A DNA stretch of 63,882 bases, the filler included, from Bigelowiella natans CCMP2755 (lineage: Eukaryota; Protista; Cercozoa), in assembly GCA_000320545.1 (NCBI GenBank). It is 6 parts of 6 records of this genome, joined end to end, with 100 filler letters (N's around TTAATTAATTAA, not from the genome) between each part and the next. Parts side by side here need not be neighbours in the genome. Positions count along the whole stretch, not along the records: positions 24,551 to 48,349 come from ADNK01003282.1; 5 more parts are not named here. One strand, 5' to 3'. A program made the translations under genes and the position numbers. Positions within the stretch are counted from its first letter, which is position 1; every line of letters starts with the position of its first letter. Shown in pieces: positions 32,026 to 46,092 of this stretch. Under the pieces are notes generated by a model. It searched no databases, was not told where the DNA came from, and saw only the letters and a program-made list of their open reading frames with translations.

Positions 32026-34075
32026 CAGTAGTATCAGCAGGCACACTGTTTTTCAATCAACCAACCTGGTAAGCTTCCAATGTGTCCTCTAGATCCTGCT
32101 CGGTGTAGTTTCGCATCGTAACGTAGTTCTTCAGCTCCTCCATGTCCACAGTCGAGGTGCTGCGGCTATTTGAGAACGCCTTGATCAGGGTAAATACGCC
32201 CGACATTGGTCCTTCATCATCCCTACGCACGTTATCATAATCTAAGTGACAATCCTAGCCGAACATCATGATTAGTCCTGTCTCTCTCATTCTTCGATTT
32301 CTGAGCTAGAATCGTAGAAGCGCAGGGGATCCGAGGAACGAACGGTTGCAAGTGATGTTCAAATCTCTTTCTCTTCTCTATCTCTCTCTCCCTCCCTCCC
32401 CCATAGCCCTCGTTGTTTATACTCTTATTACCCTCTCCTATCTCCAGAATCCTTCTTGGTTGCCGCCATCTTGGACATCTCTCTTAGTCTCACGGCCTCA
32501 GCTACATCCGCATGTGTCACCTCGTCCCGCAGCTTGAGGCGTGCTACAGCCTGCGCGAATCGGAGGATGCTAAGGAGCGCGCGCGGCGTGCAGAAACCTT
32601 TGCGGGCACCCCGCGCGTCCATCTTGCCGCCGTTCTTGATTCCCTCCCGGCGCATTACGAGGTACTGGGTCACGATGGTGTTGATGAGCGATTCAGGCAC
32701 AAACGGCTCCTTCTGCTTGCAGAGGGAGATATATCGGCGCATGAGCTGGGGGGGGTAGGGTTCCGTGGAGAGCTCCGGGTGTTTACCGTGCATGTGAACG
32801 TAGGCGACGTGCTCTGCCAGCTTCCTATCGCGGTCCTCGTCCGCGGAGTCCAGGAGCAGGTAGGTCATATCGAAACGCGAGAGCAGCGCTGTGGGGAGGT
32901 TGATGTTTTGCTCCGCCGACTTCTTCGTGTCATAGCGACCGAGAAGGGGATTGGCAGCAGCCAGGATCGACGTGCGGGCGTTGAGCGTGGTTGTGATTCC
33001 CCCCTTTGCAACGGAGACCGTTTGCTGCTCCATCACCTCGTGGATCGCAGTCTGATCGTACTCGTCCATTTTGTCAAATTCGTCGATACAGCAGATGCCT
33101 TTATCCGCCAGCACCAGCGCCCCGCCCTCTAAGGTCACATCGCCCGTCGAGGGATCGCGGATCACCGCGGCGGTCAGACCGACGCCCGAGGAACCTATGA
33201 TGGGGAGGGGGGGTGGGGGGAAGAGAAGTTGCAGCTGTCAGGCACTGAGTTCATGAGTCACGAGGGAGAGAATTATAGGAAAATGTCTACTAAGGCAAGG
33301 CCTACAATTATTACGGGTGTCTATATAGATGTATAATGAGGCAAAAACCGCCTCCCCCTCCCTCCTCTGTCACATCTGCCCCTCTCACCTTTTCCAGTTG
33401 TATAGACAGCCCTTGGCGCAATCTTGGTGATGTGCTTAAGCAGCTGCGACTTGGCGACACCGGGATCTCCGCACAGAAGGATGTTCAGGTCGCCGCGGAT
33501 CTTCATCTTGTCCGACATCTTGCGCGTCACCCCCCCCACGAGCAGGAGAAGGAGGGCCTTTTTGACGTCCGACATGCCGAATATCTCGGGAGCGATGGAA
33601 GCAGCCATCTTGTCGTATCTGTAAGGGAAAGAAGGACCAAGGAGGGGAAGAAGAAGAAGCTCAGCGTGGTCGCAATACTGCTCGGCACCTTCTCTCTTTC
33701 TCTCTTTCTCTCTGTCTCCCTTTCTTCTTATGGCGCTCGTCGTTATGTTCTTATCGCTCACTCACAGTTTCTCGTCGTTGCTCATCTTCTTCAAGTGGGT
33801 CTTTTGATCCGCAGTGAGGTCGATGTCGTGGTAGTTTTTCTTGTGGTTTGTGATCTGAGAAGGAGGAGGAGGAGGAGGAGGAGGAGGAGGAGGAGGAGGA
33901 GGAGGAGAGCGTGTCAGTTGGGTTCGTGAGAGATCAATAAAATCGACAAGGCAACCATTGGATATATTGCAGACGATTGAAATCTCCCTTCCTCTCACCC
34001 CCAGGTAAACTAATCGAGTAGGGTCGCTATAGACAGGCAGGCGCTACAGCAACACAATCGAGTGTATGGCAATCG

Positions 34076-34110
<35 letters not shown>

Positions 34111-34842
34111 TCACTCCCCTCTTCATCACATCGCCATGGATGATCGCCTCTCACCTGCTGTGCCTCGATGTAAGTCTCCGCAGCCAAACCAGCTCTGATT
34201 GCCCGGTAGCTACACGATAATACCCATCGTTATCATCATTGTCATCATTGTCTCGTTATAATCTACTTTGCTAACTACTACCACTAATACTAGTAGTACT
34301 AGTACTAGTACTACTCTGCTACTCCTTCTACCCTTTGTAGGGCTGGACCAAGAAGATCCCGTCGACTGTAACAATGTCTCCGGGATTGCACGTCCGCGTC
34401 AGATCACCGCTAAGGTAGAGTGTCAGTGATCGGGGCACATTTCCCACAGGAACCTTTTTTCGGAAGAGAGCGGAGTTGGGGGAGGTGCGGAGGGGGAGGG
34501 GGGCATGGCGATATGAATGATGATGATAACAACAAGAATGATGAGAATTATGGTAATGACAGTGTTTCGCTGCGAATAAAACAAAAAAAAATCAAGCACA
34601 AGCTACAGCCTATGACCTACCTCCTCTGGCAACTCCTGCAAGTGAATCTCTTGGAATTTCTCGAATCGCGAGCCGCGTGTCTGCGGGAACAGCCGCCCGT
34701 TGTTGCCGTTCTGCTGACAAACCTGTACGCGAAAGAAAGGGAGGGAGGAGGAGGAAGAAGAAAAAGTGAAGTAAGCCGTCTGCTGTCGAGAGCTGAGAGG
34801 TTAAAGCTCCTCGATGCCCTTCAAATAATGGATACATATATG

Positions 34843-34881
<39 letters not shown>

Positions 34882-35855
34882 CTGTATGTATATACATATA
34901 TAAGCAGATAGCACCTGGGCCGGGCACGAGAAAAGGGGAGTGAACGAACGAGAGTTAATGATCTGGTAGATTTCGTGTCCGCAGGTCTCACAGAGGTAGG
35001 TGGCGACCGTGCACTTGGGGGTGACGTTCGACATTCGCGTGACGATGCCTTTGACGCTCACGAGTCCGCCAATGTTGGCCGACTTGACCGATCGCAGTGG
35101 AATGCGCTTCTGGGTGCTCGGAGGAATGAAACGGATTTTGCTGTGGTGATATAGATGGGGAGAGAAAAGTCGAAGAACTCAGAACAAAAAGGATGTGGGG
35201 ATCAACGCTAGGATGAGAGGCGATGCTTTCGGTGCAGCGGTACATGGATATATGGCGTATAAACATGTGTGTTTTTGCGAAGGCTAGTCGTGCGAGGAGG
35301 GCAAATTACAATCGACGGGTGAGCTCGGGAGGTGTAGCCGATGACTGATCTGCTGCGAAAGGCCCGCCATCAACTGCGTGCTGCATACGGTGATTCTGCA
35401 GTACGTCATGGACATCAGGGTCGATTTGGCGATCAGGTTCGGGCATCAAGTCGTCAACGGCCTTGGAGAACATCTCCACATACGTTTTGGTGTTGGTGGT
35501 CACGTTCTGCGCGAAGTTCTGGTCAGCGTGAAAGTCACTGATGTCGTCAATGTCGATCTCGATCGTCTGTTGGAGCCGGTTGGCAACATTCTGCATCGCA
35601 TTCACGTATTTGAGGCCTCCGATCTCGTCCTTGTAGCCTTTTAGGAAGTCTACGCACTTATCATACTCCTGCTTGTAGTCAGGGTACCCTCTGAATGAAT
35701 TATGAAATAGCATTAATTGATCGTCAGAATACATATCAATCCCTATCACCAAGGCTGTCCTCTCTCGTTTTAAAGCTCCGTGGAGACACACCACGATTAC
35801 GGTAAAAAGCAAAGAATACAGCTCACCTTTGCTTGGGAGTTTGGACGTCAGCCAT
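31669..35855 (-). CDS. MCM7: DNA replication licensing factor MCM7, multi-exon
   Basis: [10 protein letters not shown]|[16 protein letters not shown]...PPELTRR; [10 protein letters not shown]; [23 protein letters not shown]; [11 protein letters not shown]; [15 protein letters not shown]; IDEFDKM; ALLSRFD; last exon [18 protein letters not shown]. Confidence 0.93.
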
Positions 35856-36437
35856 ATTTTTTTGTTAGTTTCGCAGATCTCTGGAAATCGAAACGGTGAT
35901 GAGGGGGGAAGGGTGGCGCGTGTGTTATCTGGTCCTTTGCAAGTCTGCCGGGAGAAGGCGGGAAGAGGCGGTATATGGCAATGATAATGGAAACGACAAC
36001 AAATTATTCTTGTCGCTATTAATAGACGATGGGGATTTATCCGCGGGAAATCCACTCAAAGCTCTCAAGACTGCTAGTTTTGGCGCGGAAAAAGGGACCA
36101 GACGTTTTTATGTTCTATAAATTCAGGTTAGATATCCGATATTCCATATGTTTTTTATCTACGACATATAAGTTGTGCCCACTTTTGCGATATTTAGAAA
36201 TCGATCTCTCTGAAGTAGAACCGTTTGAAAATGCATAGGTCTGGATGTCTTTCCGAAACATTTTGGGCGGGAGCGAGTTTCGCGGGAATATTGCTTACAC
36301 GTTTCTACGACAATGATTTATGGATGACGAATGAAGGTAATCTTCTGTAATCTATGGTAACCTAATTGAGTTCCGTAACATACTCCGCGCGAAAATCTAA
36401 TGTGTGTGATGCTTTTTCTGGTTTCTTTCTAAGAGAC

Positions 36438-36669
36438 ATGCAGGACGCTTTCGAGTAAGTTTAAACTTTTCTTGTTGTCTTTCGAATCCAGATGGAAGAA
36501 TCTAGTGACGTATAGCTGTTGAAAATGCAGGATCCAAATGAGGGAAAATCGGGATTGCGACAAACTAATTAACAACATTAATTTAATTTCAAATTTCGAA
36601 TCATCTGAGTGATGATGGTACCTGTAGTCTCGGCGCTCGTGCTCCTGTCCGCCCTCCAGTCGAATGCGG

Positions 36670-36766
<97 letters not shown>

Positions 36767-36771
36767 ATGTG

Positions 36772-36823
<52 letters not shown>

Positions 36824-37773
36824 GATTGCAATGCCCAACAGCGATTACAATTTTGCACCTGGTGTCGTTATCGTTATCATCGTTGTCATGATTGTCATCG
36901 TGATCGTTATTATTATCATCGTTGTCATCATTCTCCGTAGCTTAGATCGCCGATACGCTAAAACGTATTGACGACTACTTTTGAAAATTGGCGTATTGAT
37001 CAATACGCTATCAATACGGCTTTCAATACGGCATCAATACGTATTCAAAAATACGCTTCAATACGGCCGTATTGAAGCGTATTGAAGCATATTGAACCAT
37101 ATTGACAGAGTACAATGGAGAACATGTGTTAATATGTCTCCATGTGTGCGATTACATACATGTGCTTCCTCTTCATCAACATCAGGCATGTGGAGTGTTG
37201 GGGGTGGTTAGTTTTGAGTGAGAAGAATGTCTTGCGTATTGACAAGGCGTATTGAGCCGTATTGACCGCCGTGCTCAGCGCGAACGTATTACAAGAGCGT
37301 ATTGAGTCAATACAGCCGTATTGGCGATCTAAGCTCCGTAGTCACCATCATATTGCCTGTGATAATTATAATGACGATTGTGATGGTGATGCAGAAGCTG
37401 TTTAGAGGCAAACCCTCAATTCTGATAATGATGATGCTTGTGACGATGACAATGATGATAATAATGATGAAATATGGAGTATATGAAGAGTTCATAGAGC
37501 CAATTCCTCTTCCATCCTACCGAAAATTATAATGATAGTCACAACAAGAATGATGATAACGACAACAACGATAATGTTAACGAGTGGTCATAACATGATG
37601 GCGAATGTGATGATGATCAAAATTAGCGAGTGGATAGAGGCAACTCCTCTTTCAGTCTGACCAACGACCAACAAGCAAAACCACCACACCCTATGTGTAC
37701 AATGCACAATGATCTTAATACGGGGTTAAGTATCGAGAAGGAGATGGACAAATATGCGCCTTTGGTGAATGAT

Positions 37774-37816
<43 letters not shown>

Positions 37817-38631
37817 AACTAATACACACAGAGAGAAAATGCACATTTGCACATCTACATGTTAATATATACTTGTATATTGATCTCGTTGTCCTCATCG
37901 GTATTGTCGTCCTTTGTCATCGCCGTTGTGACAGTTTTCATCACCGTCATTATCGTTGTCATTAACACGACCATCACCATGATCATGATCATGATCATCG
38001 TCATAACAGATTACAGCAAAGGTTGGAGATGGGTCTTTTGAAAAGAGAAGGGTACATATCGGAGGAGCCAACGATCCTCGCCTGGCAACAATCTGGGTCT
38101 GGCCTCAGGTGATATCATCATCATCATCATCATAACATCATTGTCCTAATGAACATCATTCTTATACCATCCATTATGTTACAAGAACACCAATCCCGAA
38201 GATGCTGTGCTATCGAACGTCAAAATATATGCAAACTTTGACGCTGAATACGTGCAAATAACGAAACCATTCATTGGAAGGACAAGATTTACATTCAATA
38301 ATGTCACTCCAGAACTGGTATCATCGTTGTCATCATCATCATTATTATCATCAATATCATTGTGAACACAACCATTTCATGAATACCCCATTAAGCACTA
38401 CACTTCGCACAACACATCACACATTATCAGATTGATTATCACGGACTGCCAAAAGGCGAATCCCCGTCTGGAGAACATTCATTAACGATGAAAAATTCGA
38501 AGCCCAGAACTAAGGCAAAGGAGTACAGATCGACAACTATAGTGGTTAAAGTTGATAGTGCCCACTTACAAGAGTTTCAGGAATGCTACGATTACATTCA
38601 ACGAACTACCGCAGCTCTTAAAAGCAATTAA
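36438..38631 (+). CDS. Uncharacterised multi-exon protein; 5' end uncertain
   Basis: Last three exons splice in frame: ITAKVGDGSFEK...WVWPQ|NTNPEDAVLSNVKIY...VTPEL|IDYHGLPKG...YDYIQRTTAALKSN*. Confidence 0.5.
36941..37333. mobile_element. MITE (non-autonomous DNA transposon, hAT-like 8-bp TSD), apparently intronic
   Basis: TIR CTTAGATCGCC(G/A)ATACG at both ends; TSD CTCCGTAG at 36933-36940 and 37334-37341; many subterminal CAATAC/GTATTG motifs. Confidence 0.88.
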
Positions 38632-38744
38632 CACAACTACACCACAGACTTGTGACTTGACTTTTTTCGGTGTTTGACTAGTGTGCTAGTTGTAAAATGA
38701 CGCATTGTCATGATGACTGCGCGACATAGACTTGTAACGTACAC

Positions 38745-39725
38745 GACCTGCACCCATCACAGCCTCTCTTGTTCGATCACACCGCCTGTTTGCAGCAGCA
38801 CATGTTCACACATGCTTGCCCTTTGCATGCTAAAAATGTGCCGGCACTGCTTTGCGTGCATGCGCATCAACATCACACATCAGCATTCCACACACAATGA
38901 TTGTGCGTCGCCGTGGTGGCATGCCACATGCAGCATGGAGAAATGAAGCGGACAACTGAACTAGTCTGAAGTGAAAATTTGGAAGCACAAAAAGCTGATG
39001 AACGCTAGAACGAGACAGGTGTGGTGATGGCGAATCGCATCTTCGCTCGCAAAATCTTCACTAGACTGCAAAAAAGTCTTTAAAAAATGAACGAGGCAAA
39101 CCTTGTCTCCAATTGCATCATCATTTTGCATCTCAACACGCTTGTTGTTCTCCTTCGCTCGCCGCTGATGTCAGCTAGTCAGCCACGCATCATGTCACAC
39201 ATATATCACCCACATTTTTCAGACCAGAATGATGAGCACACTATGACACCTGACACGCCTGGAGATCAGGACAGCACGCTCGCACATCACACATCACGCA
39301 CGACGCACATTGTGCTTTTTGGTGCGCAACAGGCAAACGTGCATCACTCCTTGCTCTGGTGCTGGCTTGCACATCACACCCACCACAGCACACATCAATG
39401 ATCATGCATTCGAGCATTGCACATCGCACACCACACACGATGAATCCTCTGCAGGACAATGTGAGATCTGAGAGTGATGATGCAGTTGTGATGATGATGA
39501 TAATGATGATGATGATATGATGATGATGATCAAATGAATGAATGAACGAATTTGATGATGACCACATTTCCAAAACATGTCATGATGTTTGCAAAGTGCG
39601 AAACGCAGTGCCTCGAGCTAGTTCTAGCGAGGTCTAATTTTGGGCATGGCGCCATGACAATGTTGCAACACTCGCTGCAAACACGTGTTGGCTCATGCAC
39701 AATGCAGATGCAACTCCTAGCATGG
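38745..39725. other. TpA-depleted island 3
   Basis: TG/CA-rich; the few remaining TA are largely CTAG. Confidence 0.7.
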
Positions 39726-39876
39726 ACAAAATGGAGAAATTTTCCGGATTTGTCTTGCGACAGAATAATAAGCCAAGATATCGACCACCAGGCACATAGA
39801 ATGAAATACATAGCAGCGGTGGGAGCCCTTGTATGGTTGATCGTATACATAGATCTTCCACAATGCTGCACACTAG

Positions 39877-41284
39877 CTACACCTTTGTAGCGAGGTAGAA
39901 CCTCCCTCCATATATCTTCTTTAACGGCTCGTACTGATACAAGTTAAAAAATTATGGAATTAATTTTTCGCTGGTGATCATGGGCGTGTAAATTAGCATT
40001 TTTCAAAACAAAATTGTCGCCAGTATTACTACCGATGTATTCCATTTCTTCTTCTTCGCAAGATTGCCCACTGCCTGTATTAGCTTTGATCCTGCTCCGC
40101 TCGCTGTTTAAATTTTCATGCAGATGGGAATATAGAATTAGATGTCGTTGAATATGATGCCATCATAACCCTACATGTAAGCAGGATACATCAAGGTTAG
40201 CTGCCCCACTTGCTCTAGTCGGACTGACTGCTATATATTCCGTTGTGAGGAGGTACTTCGAGCCGAGGAAAGAGAGAAAGTCCGAATTATCTGTCACAAT
40301 GCATATTACGAAAATAATATGTAGAATAAATGGCTGCATTCTCTCGGTATCATTTACGAGCGGGTACAGACGACGGGTGCCCTTGCTTTCCTCCCATACA
40401 GCAGACAGTGCAATCGATTATGCTCAACGCATGTCCTTTTTATCGTGTTCACCTGGAGTAAGCTTCAGAGACACAACTGCATCAACAGCGCCGCCTCGCA
40501 CGACTGCCAGGGAAAATTGCCGTTTCTTAGTTCCAATTGATCCTGCCAAGGGGCACGCATTATTATCATTCTTTGCGAAAGGTGATTGGGATGGGAGGAC
40601 TCACTTTAAACTCAGCTCTCACATTACCAAACACACACTACACCGGTCTACCTTCGTTCCACCACAACATCTTATTCATGATCGCCTTGCTCTCATCGAG
40701 GCCAAGAGCACTTCTTGATTCCAACAGCTGTAACGAACCATTTTTAACACGGAATGGTTTTAGGACAGCGATTATACCTCGATCCAATACTGAAGGCACT
40801 TGATTCGATCTTCGTCGTGAATGATGATAACCTCCGGCTTTACATCACTGTGTAATAGGGGACAGAGTATACATAAACGCTCTTCGCGTTCTTGCTTTCG
40901 AAAAGAAGAATACACGGGGCAGGAATGGCGCAAGAACCTGTTTTCCAAATCGTCATCATCATTACTCCCATCACCCCCAGTGGCTCTCCCTGCGCTTGGT
41001 GGCGGGGGTATCACAGAGGATGCGACTTTGGTCGATCTATTCAATGTTCCGTGCGCTAGTGAACGACGAGAAGAAGTCACGTAACCTGTCGGCCCCTGGA
41101 CGGCAGCATTGGTGCTCGCAGAATGCATGATAGGCCTTTTTCGAGACACGATCAAGGAGACCCGTGTAGCTGCATTATCCCTCCAACGTTGTCCCGAGGG
41201 CGACGTGCGTGGTGCAGGCCTCGATGATGCCGAGGCCAGAAGCATCATCAGGATCGAAGCGACCCTGCTGGCCACGAGCGCCAT
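39877..41284 (-). CDS. Signal/transit-peptide-bearing protein with a possible GNAT acetyltransferase-like C-terminus, multi-exon
   Basis: MALVASRVASILMMLLASASSRP leader; spliced exons ...EYIAVSPTRA|..GAGSKLIQAVGNLAKKK resembling GNAT motif A. Confidence 0.45.
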
Positions 41285-41525
41285 CGGGACAACTTCAAAA
41301 AATGTAGGAATGATCTATATTTCATAAGCGCGACATCCCCTGGTCCTCCTCCTCCTTCATTAAACGGTTAAGTTGCCGATCAGGATCCCAGTCTAAAATT
41401 CAAGCAATAAACATCATAGAAGTTTGTAATCTAATTTTGAAGAAAGGGTGCAGAAAATGAATTCCATATCTCCCATTATGTTATGCTCTATATCGAGGGT
41501 TTGACTAACATTAACGTGCTTATTA

Positions 41526-42158
41526 TCATGGAGTTTTCATTGTTTCCGCTCTCCACGATACTCCTATCTCCTCCACCCCTGGCCTCCCGCGAAGCTGATG
41601 CTTCACCTTTCCTGTCTTCGTCGGTATGATTGGGTCTTGGTTTGGAAGCAAATTGGAGTCGCTGCATGGTAAATTCGGATCCATCGGTAAAAACAGCTCG
41701 ACAATGAGCGAGTTGCCCGTGACCCCGATCTCTACGACTTCCTTATAGCGAAGCGGCTGTGTCGTGGCATACGTCGTCAGCTCGTTGACATCAACACCAT
41801 ACTTGAAACAAATTGCATCGCTAGACCCAACTCCAGATATCTGCAAACTACCTGGAAACGTGTTCGCAAAAAGCAAATCTTCGGTTGCGACGAGGACATT
41901 TGGTGATTCCCGTTCCGTGCTCTGTTGCAATATCGCAAGTTGATGGTTCTCACGTTTTGTTACTGTTACCACATCGGATAACACTTCATAGTGAGCCGTA
42001 CTAGCACCAGCATTGCTTGATTTCAAGGTGACATGTGAACTCATTCCATTCTGAGCGGCCGATGGGTTGACTCTGTGGAACCCTCCCCCAGCAACAACTG
42101 CAACAACAGTGCAGCAAGAGAGCAACAAGTAAAGGGCACGCATATTCACCATCGCCAT
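41526..42158 (-). CDS. Uncharacterised secreted protein, intronless
   Basis: About 210-aa ORF with signal peptide MRALYLLLSCCTVVAVVA and complex beta-rich composition. Confidence 0.6.
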   Translation of the reverse strand: MAMVNMRALYLLLSCCTVVAVVAGGGFHRVNPSAAQNGMSSHVTLKSSNAGASTAHYEVLSDVVTVTKRENHQLAILQQSTERESPNVLVATEDLLFANTFPGSLQISGVGSSDAICFKYGVDVNELTTYATTQPLRYKEVVEIGVTGNSLIVELFLPMDPNLPCSDSNLLPNQDPIIPTKTGKVKHQLRGRPGVEEIGVSWRAETMKTP

Positions 42159-42533
42159 CACTTCTTGCTCGTCTAATGGCCAATAACACTTCGGGTCAGA
42201 CCGAAGACACAAAAAAAAATAGTGCTGCAGCAAATGAGCGGCGGCGCCATGGCGCGCGTACTCAGAACGACACGTGTCGTCGGCGTGTCGCAGGCATTTT
42301 TTCCCCGCTCACTCAGCCGTGTGCAGCATGATTTTTAAGTGATTGCAGCCAGCCGCGAGCGTTGTGCAGCAAGCGACAGCAGGAATTTGGTATGCCGAAA
42401 AAAAAAAGCCTCGGTTTTGTTTTCTTCCCAGTTTTTCGCAGACTTGCTCCAATATCCTTCGGGTATTACTTACACAGATCTGGATCTACCCGGCGGCTCC
42501 TCCTTCCCCCTTCCCGCTTCGGTGCGACTCGCG

Positions 42534-43148
42534 ATGCGCTCTAGGGACGGCGGTGGGAGCCGATTCGCCTTGTTTGCGTCGCTGCTCAGCGGATTTGGTG
42601 CGATGGCGTGGACGACGTGGAGTGTGCAGCCTTTAACGGCAGTAATGGTATCATTCCATTCAACGATTCACTTGCACATCAAATCTGCGTCTCGTCCCTC
42701 ACATCTATGTTTACAATTGAGCAGTGGGTCTTCGCGATGGTGCTCGTGCTCCTTAGGGTACAAAACACGGGAATCATCCCACCTTCCTCCTCCTCCTACT
42801 TCTTCAAAAATGCAAAAATTGTAGACCCCTCCACCCCCCTGATCCAACCTCATATGGCAGGCACTGCACGAGCTGCGTCCCGTTGTAGAGAGAGGACGGA
42901 GGACGTGTGATCAGCTGTATCGTCGACTGCTCGAGATGCTAGGTGGAAAGGAGGGTATGACAAGAAGCGGGCGAGACCGCATCATCACCTCTGGCAAACA
43001 CATCTCCGTGGAGACAACAACAACACGGAAAGATGGAACAAAGAAGGAAATGGTTGAGGGCAAAGGGAAGACGAAGAAGAAGGGCCTTAAGAGAAATAAA
43101 GCTTCCGGGTCTGCTCCTTGCAAATCTAAGGGAGATGGTGAGAACAAC

Positions 43149-43181
<33 letters not shown>

Positions 43182-43568
43182 GCCTGTACACGATCGAGAG
43201 ACCGAGAGCCACATATTAACGTTCAGGGCGAAAACAACTATTTGTAATGTGCGGGGGATTGATTAAGCGGCGTGTTTGTTGAGATTCGGTGACCTTGCGC
43301 CTGTGTTAGTAGTAGATCATCCCAGCAACGGTGGAAAGGGAGAGCAGGTGAGCGAGGAGACCGTAGTAATATTCGGTTCGCACGAGACCCCATCATCCAG
43401 CTTGGAGGGAGGGGGGGAGAAAAGCAAAGAAGGAGGTATCTCTCCTAACAACTTACGTTCCGATGAACCCAATGCACAAACTTTATACGAGTCAGTAATT
43501 AGTGCATGCATCTGGAAGAAAGAAGATGCTGTCCTTCCTTTTCGATATTGTTACGATACGCTCGTGCT

Positions 43569-43628
<60 letters not shown>

Positions 43629-44234
43629 TGTATTTCCTTGCGTGTGTTCGTGAATGATATGTACATGAAAGATGTAATCTTGCCGATGTTGAAGAGAATC
43701 GACGCTTGCAACGCAACGACCAAGGTATCTTACTTGTGTGTGTAGAGATTTTTGCTACATTGAGTATATTCACGCAGAAAATTTTGTTTTAAATATTATT
43801 TATTTATAATGTAGCTTATAGACAGTAATATCTTATACGTGTAAATTCAAGTAAATTATTTTTATCGTGGATAGCAAGGAGCACCCCCGCTTCTTTCTTC
43901 TTCGTCGCCCCCCCCCATAACCGGGATAATAGCAGCAGAGAACACTCACGGCGACAAGAAGGATCAGCTTCAAAACAATTACCCCCTCCCTTCACACTCT
44001 GCCGCCCCTTTGGTGAAAATCGATGTAGATGCGATCGAAGCGCGCATTTGGTAGTCTTAGTGAGAGTAGTAGCAGCAGCAGTAGTAGTAGTAGTAGGCGT
44101 TGTACTGGTGGTAGTAGTAGCAGCAAGAACAGCAGCTGAGCGATTCTTCCAATACGAAGAGGAAAAGGAACTCGTTATTGTGCGTCGTCAAAAAGCCCTC
44201 TTTGCGGATTTGCTCAGTTGGGAGAACTTGCTAA

Positions 44235-44267
<33 letters not shown>

Positions 44268-44531
44268 GGGAGAGGGGCGAGGGAGGTGGCACAGTACTTG
44301 TGAAATAACCCTGCTGCTGCTGCTACTACTACTGCTCTCTTATATTCTTCCAGGACAAAGCTCCAAGAGAGGCTGGCGACGATGGAAAACGCAATCCACC
44401 TACAGGTGCTGCAAAAGATTGAACAAAAAGCAGCAGCGGAGAAGGAGAAGAAAGAAGAAGAAGAGACCCGAGAGAAGAAGGAGAAGAGGAAAATGGAGGA
44501 GGAGAGGCAGCAGCAGAAGGTGATAGCTATG

Positions 44532-44564
<33 letters not shown>

Positions 44565-44955
44565 ATAGCAGTAGGTAGCCGTTGTTCTTGTTTATGATCG
44601 GAGAAATTCTTCTTTTCCATCTGCTCTCACCCACCGTGTTGGGTGCAGCACAAACAGAGAAACGCACACGTAGCAGCACTAGAGAACACACTATCATCAG
44701 AGGGAGATAACGAAGTACATGCTGTGTGTGTGAGCGACACACACCCACGATGATGAAGTTCAAGTGCATGGTTTGGATCGATGGAGTGAGTATTTGATGA
44801 TGATGTCGCTGCTGCTGTTTATTATTTATCACCATCCCATAGATCCAAAGCGCAGTGAAAATCGTATGGGCACACCACATAACCCAATCCAATCAGCAAA
44901 TGGGGCGAAACATCGATGTAAGCATACGCTCGTGAGTGCGTTTGTGTACATATGT

Positions 44956-44995
<40 letters not shown>

Positions 44996-45056
44996 TGGAG
45001 TATTCAAACACGGATGATGTTGGAAGTGAGGAATCCCCTCCTACCACACACACACA

Positions 45057-45099
<43 letters not shown>

Positions 45100-45308
45100 A
45101 GAACACACATGTGCTAATACTACTGTTGGCATTCAATAGTCTGCTATCGAGGCACGAATGGAGAAATTTGCTCGAGAGCTTGCGGTAGTAGTAACTCATC
45201 AATGAGGAGATATCGATGATGACGATGGTGGTGATGATGATGATGATGATTATGGTATTTATGACGATAACATATCAAGATGAATATGTACACATCTCTT
45301 CAGACAAA

Positions 45309-45357
<49 letters not shown>

Positions 45358-45460
45358 GTATATTACATATATATTTCTGCACATATTTATAAATTATTTA
45401 GTAATTGGATGCCGAACGATACTACCGGTGCTCATATTCCTATTCTTTCACACACGACCC

Positions 45461-45504
<44 letters not shown>

Positions 45505-45961
45505 CGAAAAGAATCGAGCCGCCCCTCATTGCCCATCGTAGTGTAAGGCTCATAAGACAGCAACCGAAAAGCAGATCGAAGAAAGACGACAGGTGCATTT
45601 GTGTGGGTGTGGGTGGGGTTAGCTCTGTCTGTGTCTCTCTCTCTGTCTCTCTCTCTCTGTATGTGTGTGTGTGTCAGCAGACACACAAAGAGTGAAGGAT
45701 CTCTCTCCCTCCCCCTCTTTATGCACAGAGACTCACACTCTCTCGCTCGCGCGCGCGTGCGTGAGTTAGTGTTTGTGCAATGAAAGTAGAGGTTCAAAAT
45801 CGAACAATCCCGCATCGAGAAGGAACAGAAGGTAGTAGACGATATATAGCTTACACGTTGAGGAGGAATCATCAAGAACCACAAAACACACACACACGCG
45901 CATACGCATAGCAGATATAATGAATATCTTTTTTCTTTTCAATGGTCACTCTAAAGATTGC

Positions 45962-46003
<42 letters not shown>

Positions 46004-46053
46004 TATTTATATATAATTACCCCACATTACTCAACGTATTTACTCAGCCAATG

Positions 46054-46092
<39 letters not shown>

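Noticed and set aside
32456-33929. Long plus-strand ORFs
   Set aside because: Antisense shadows of GC-rich MCM7 exons
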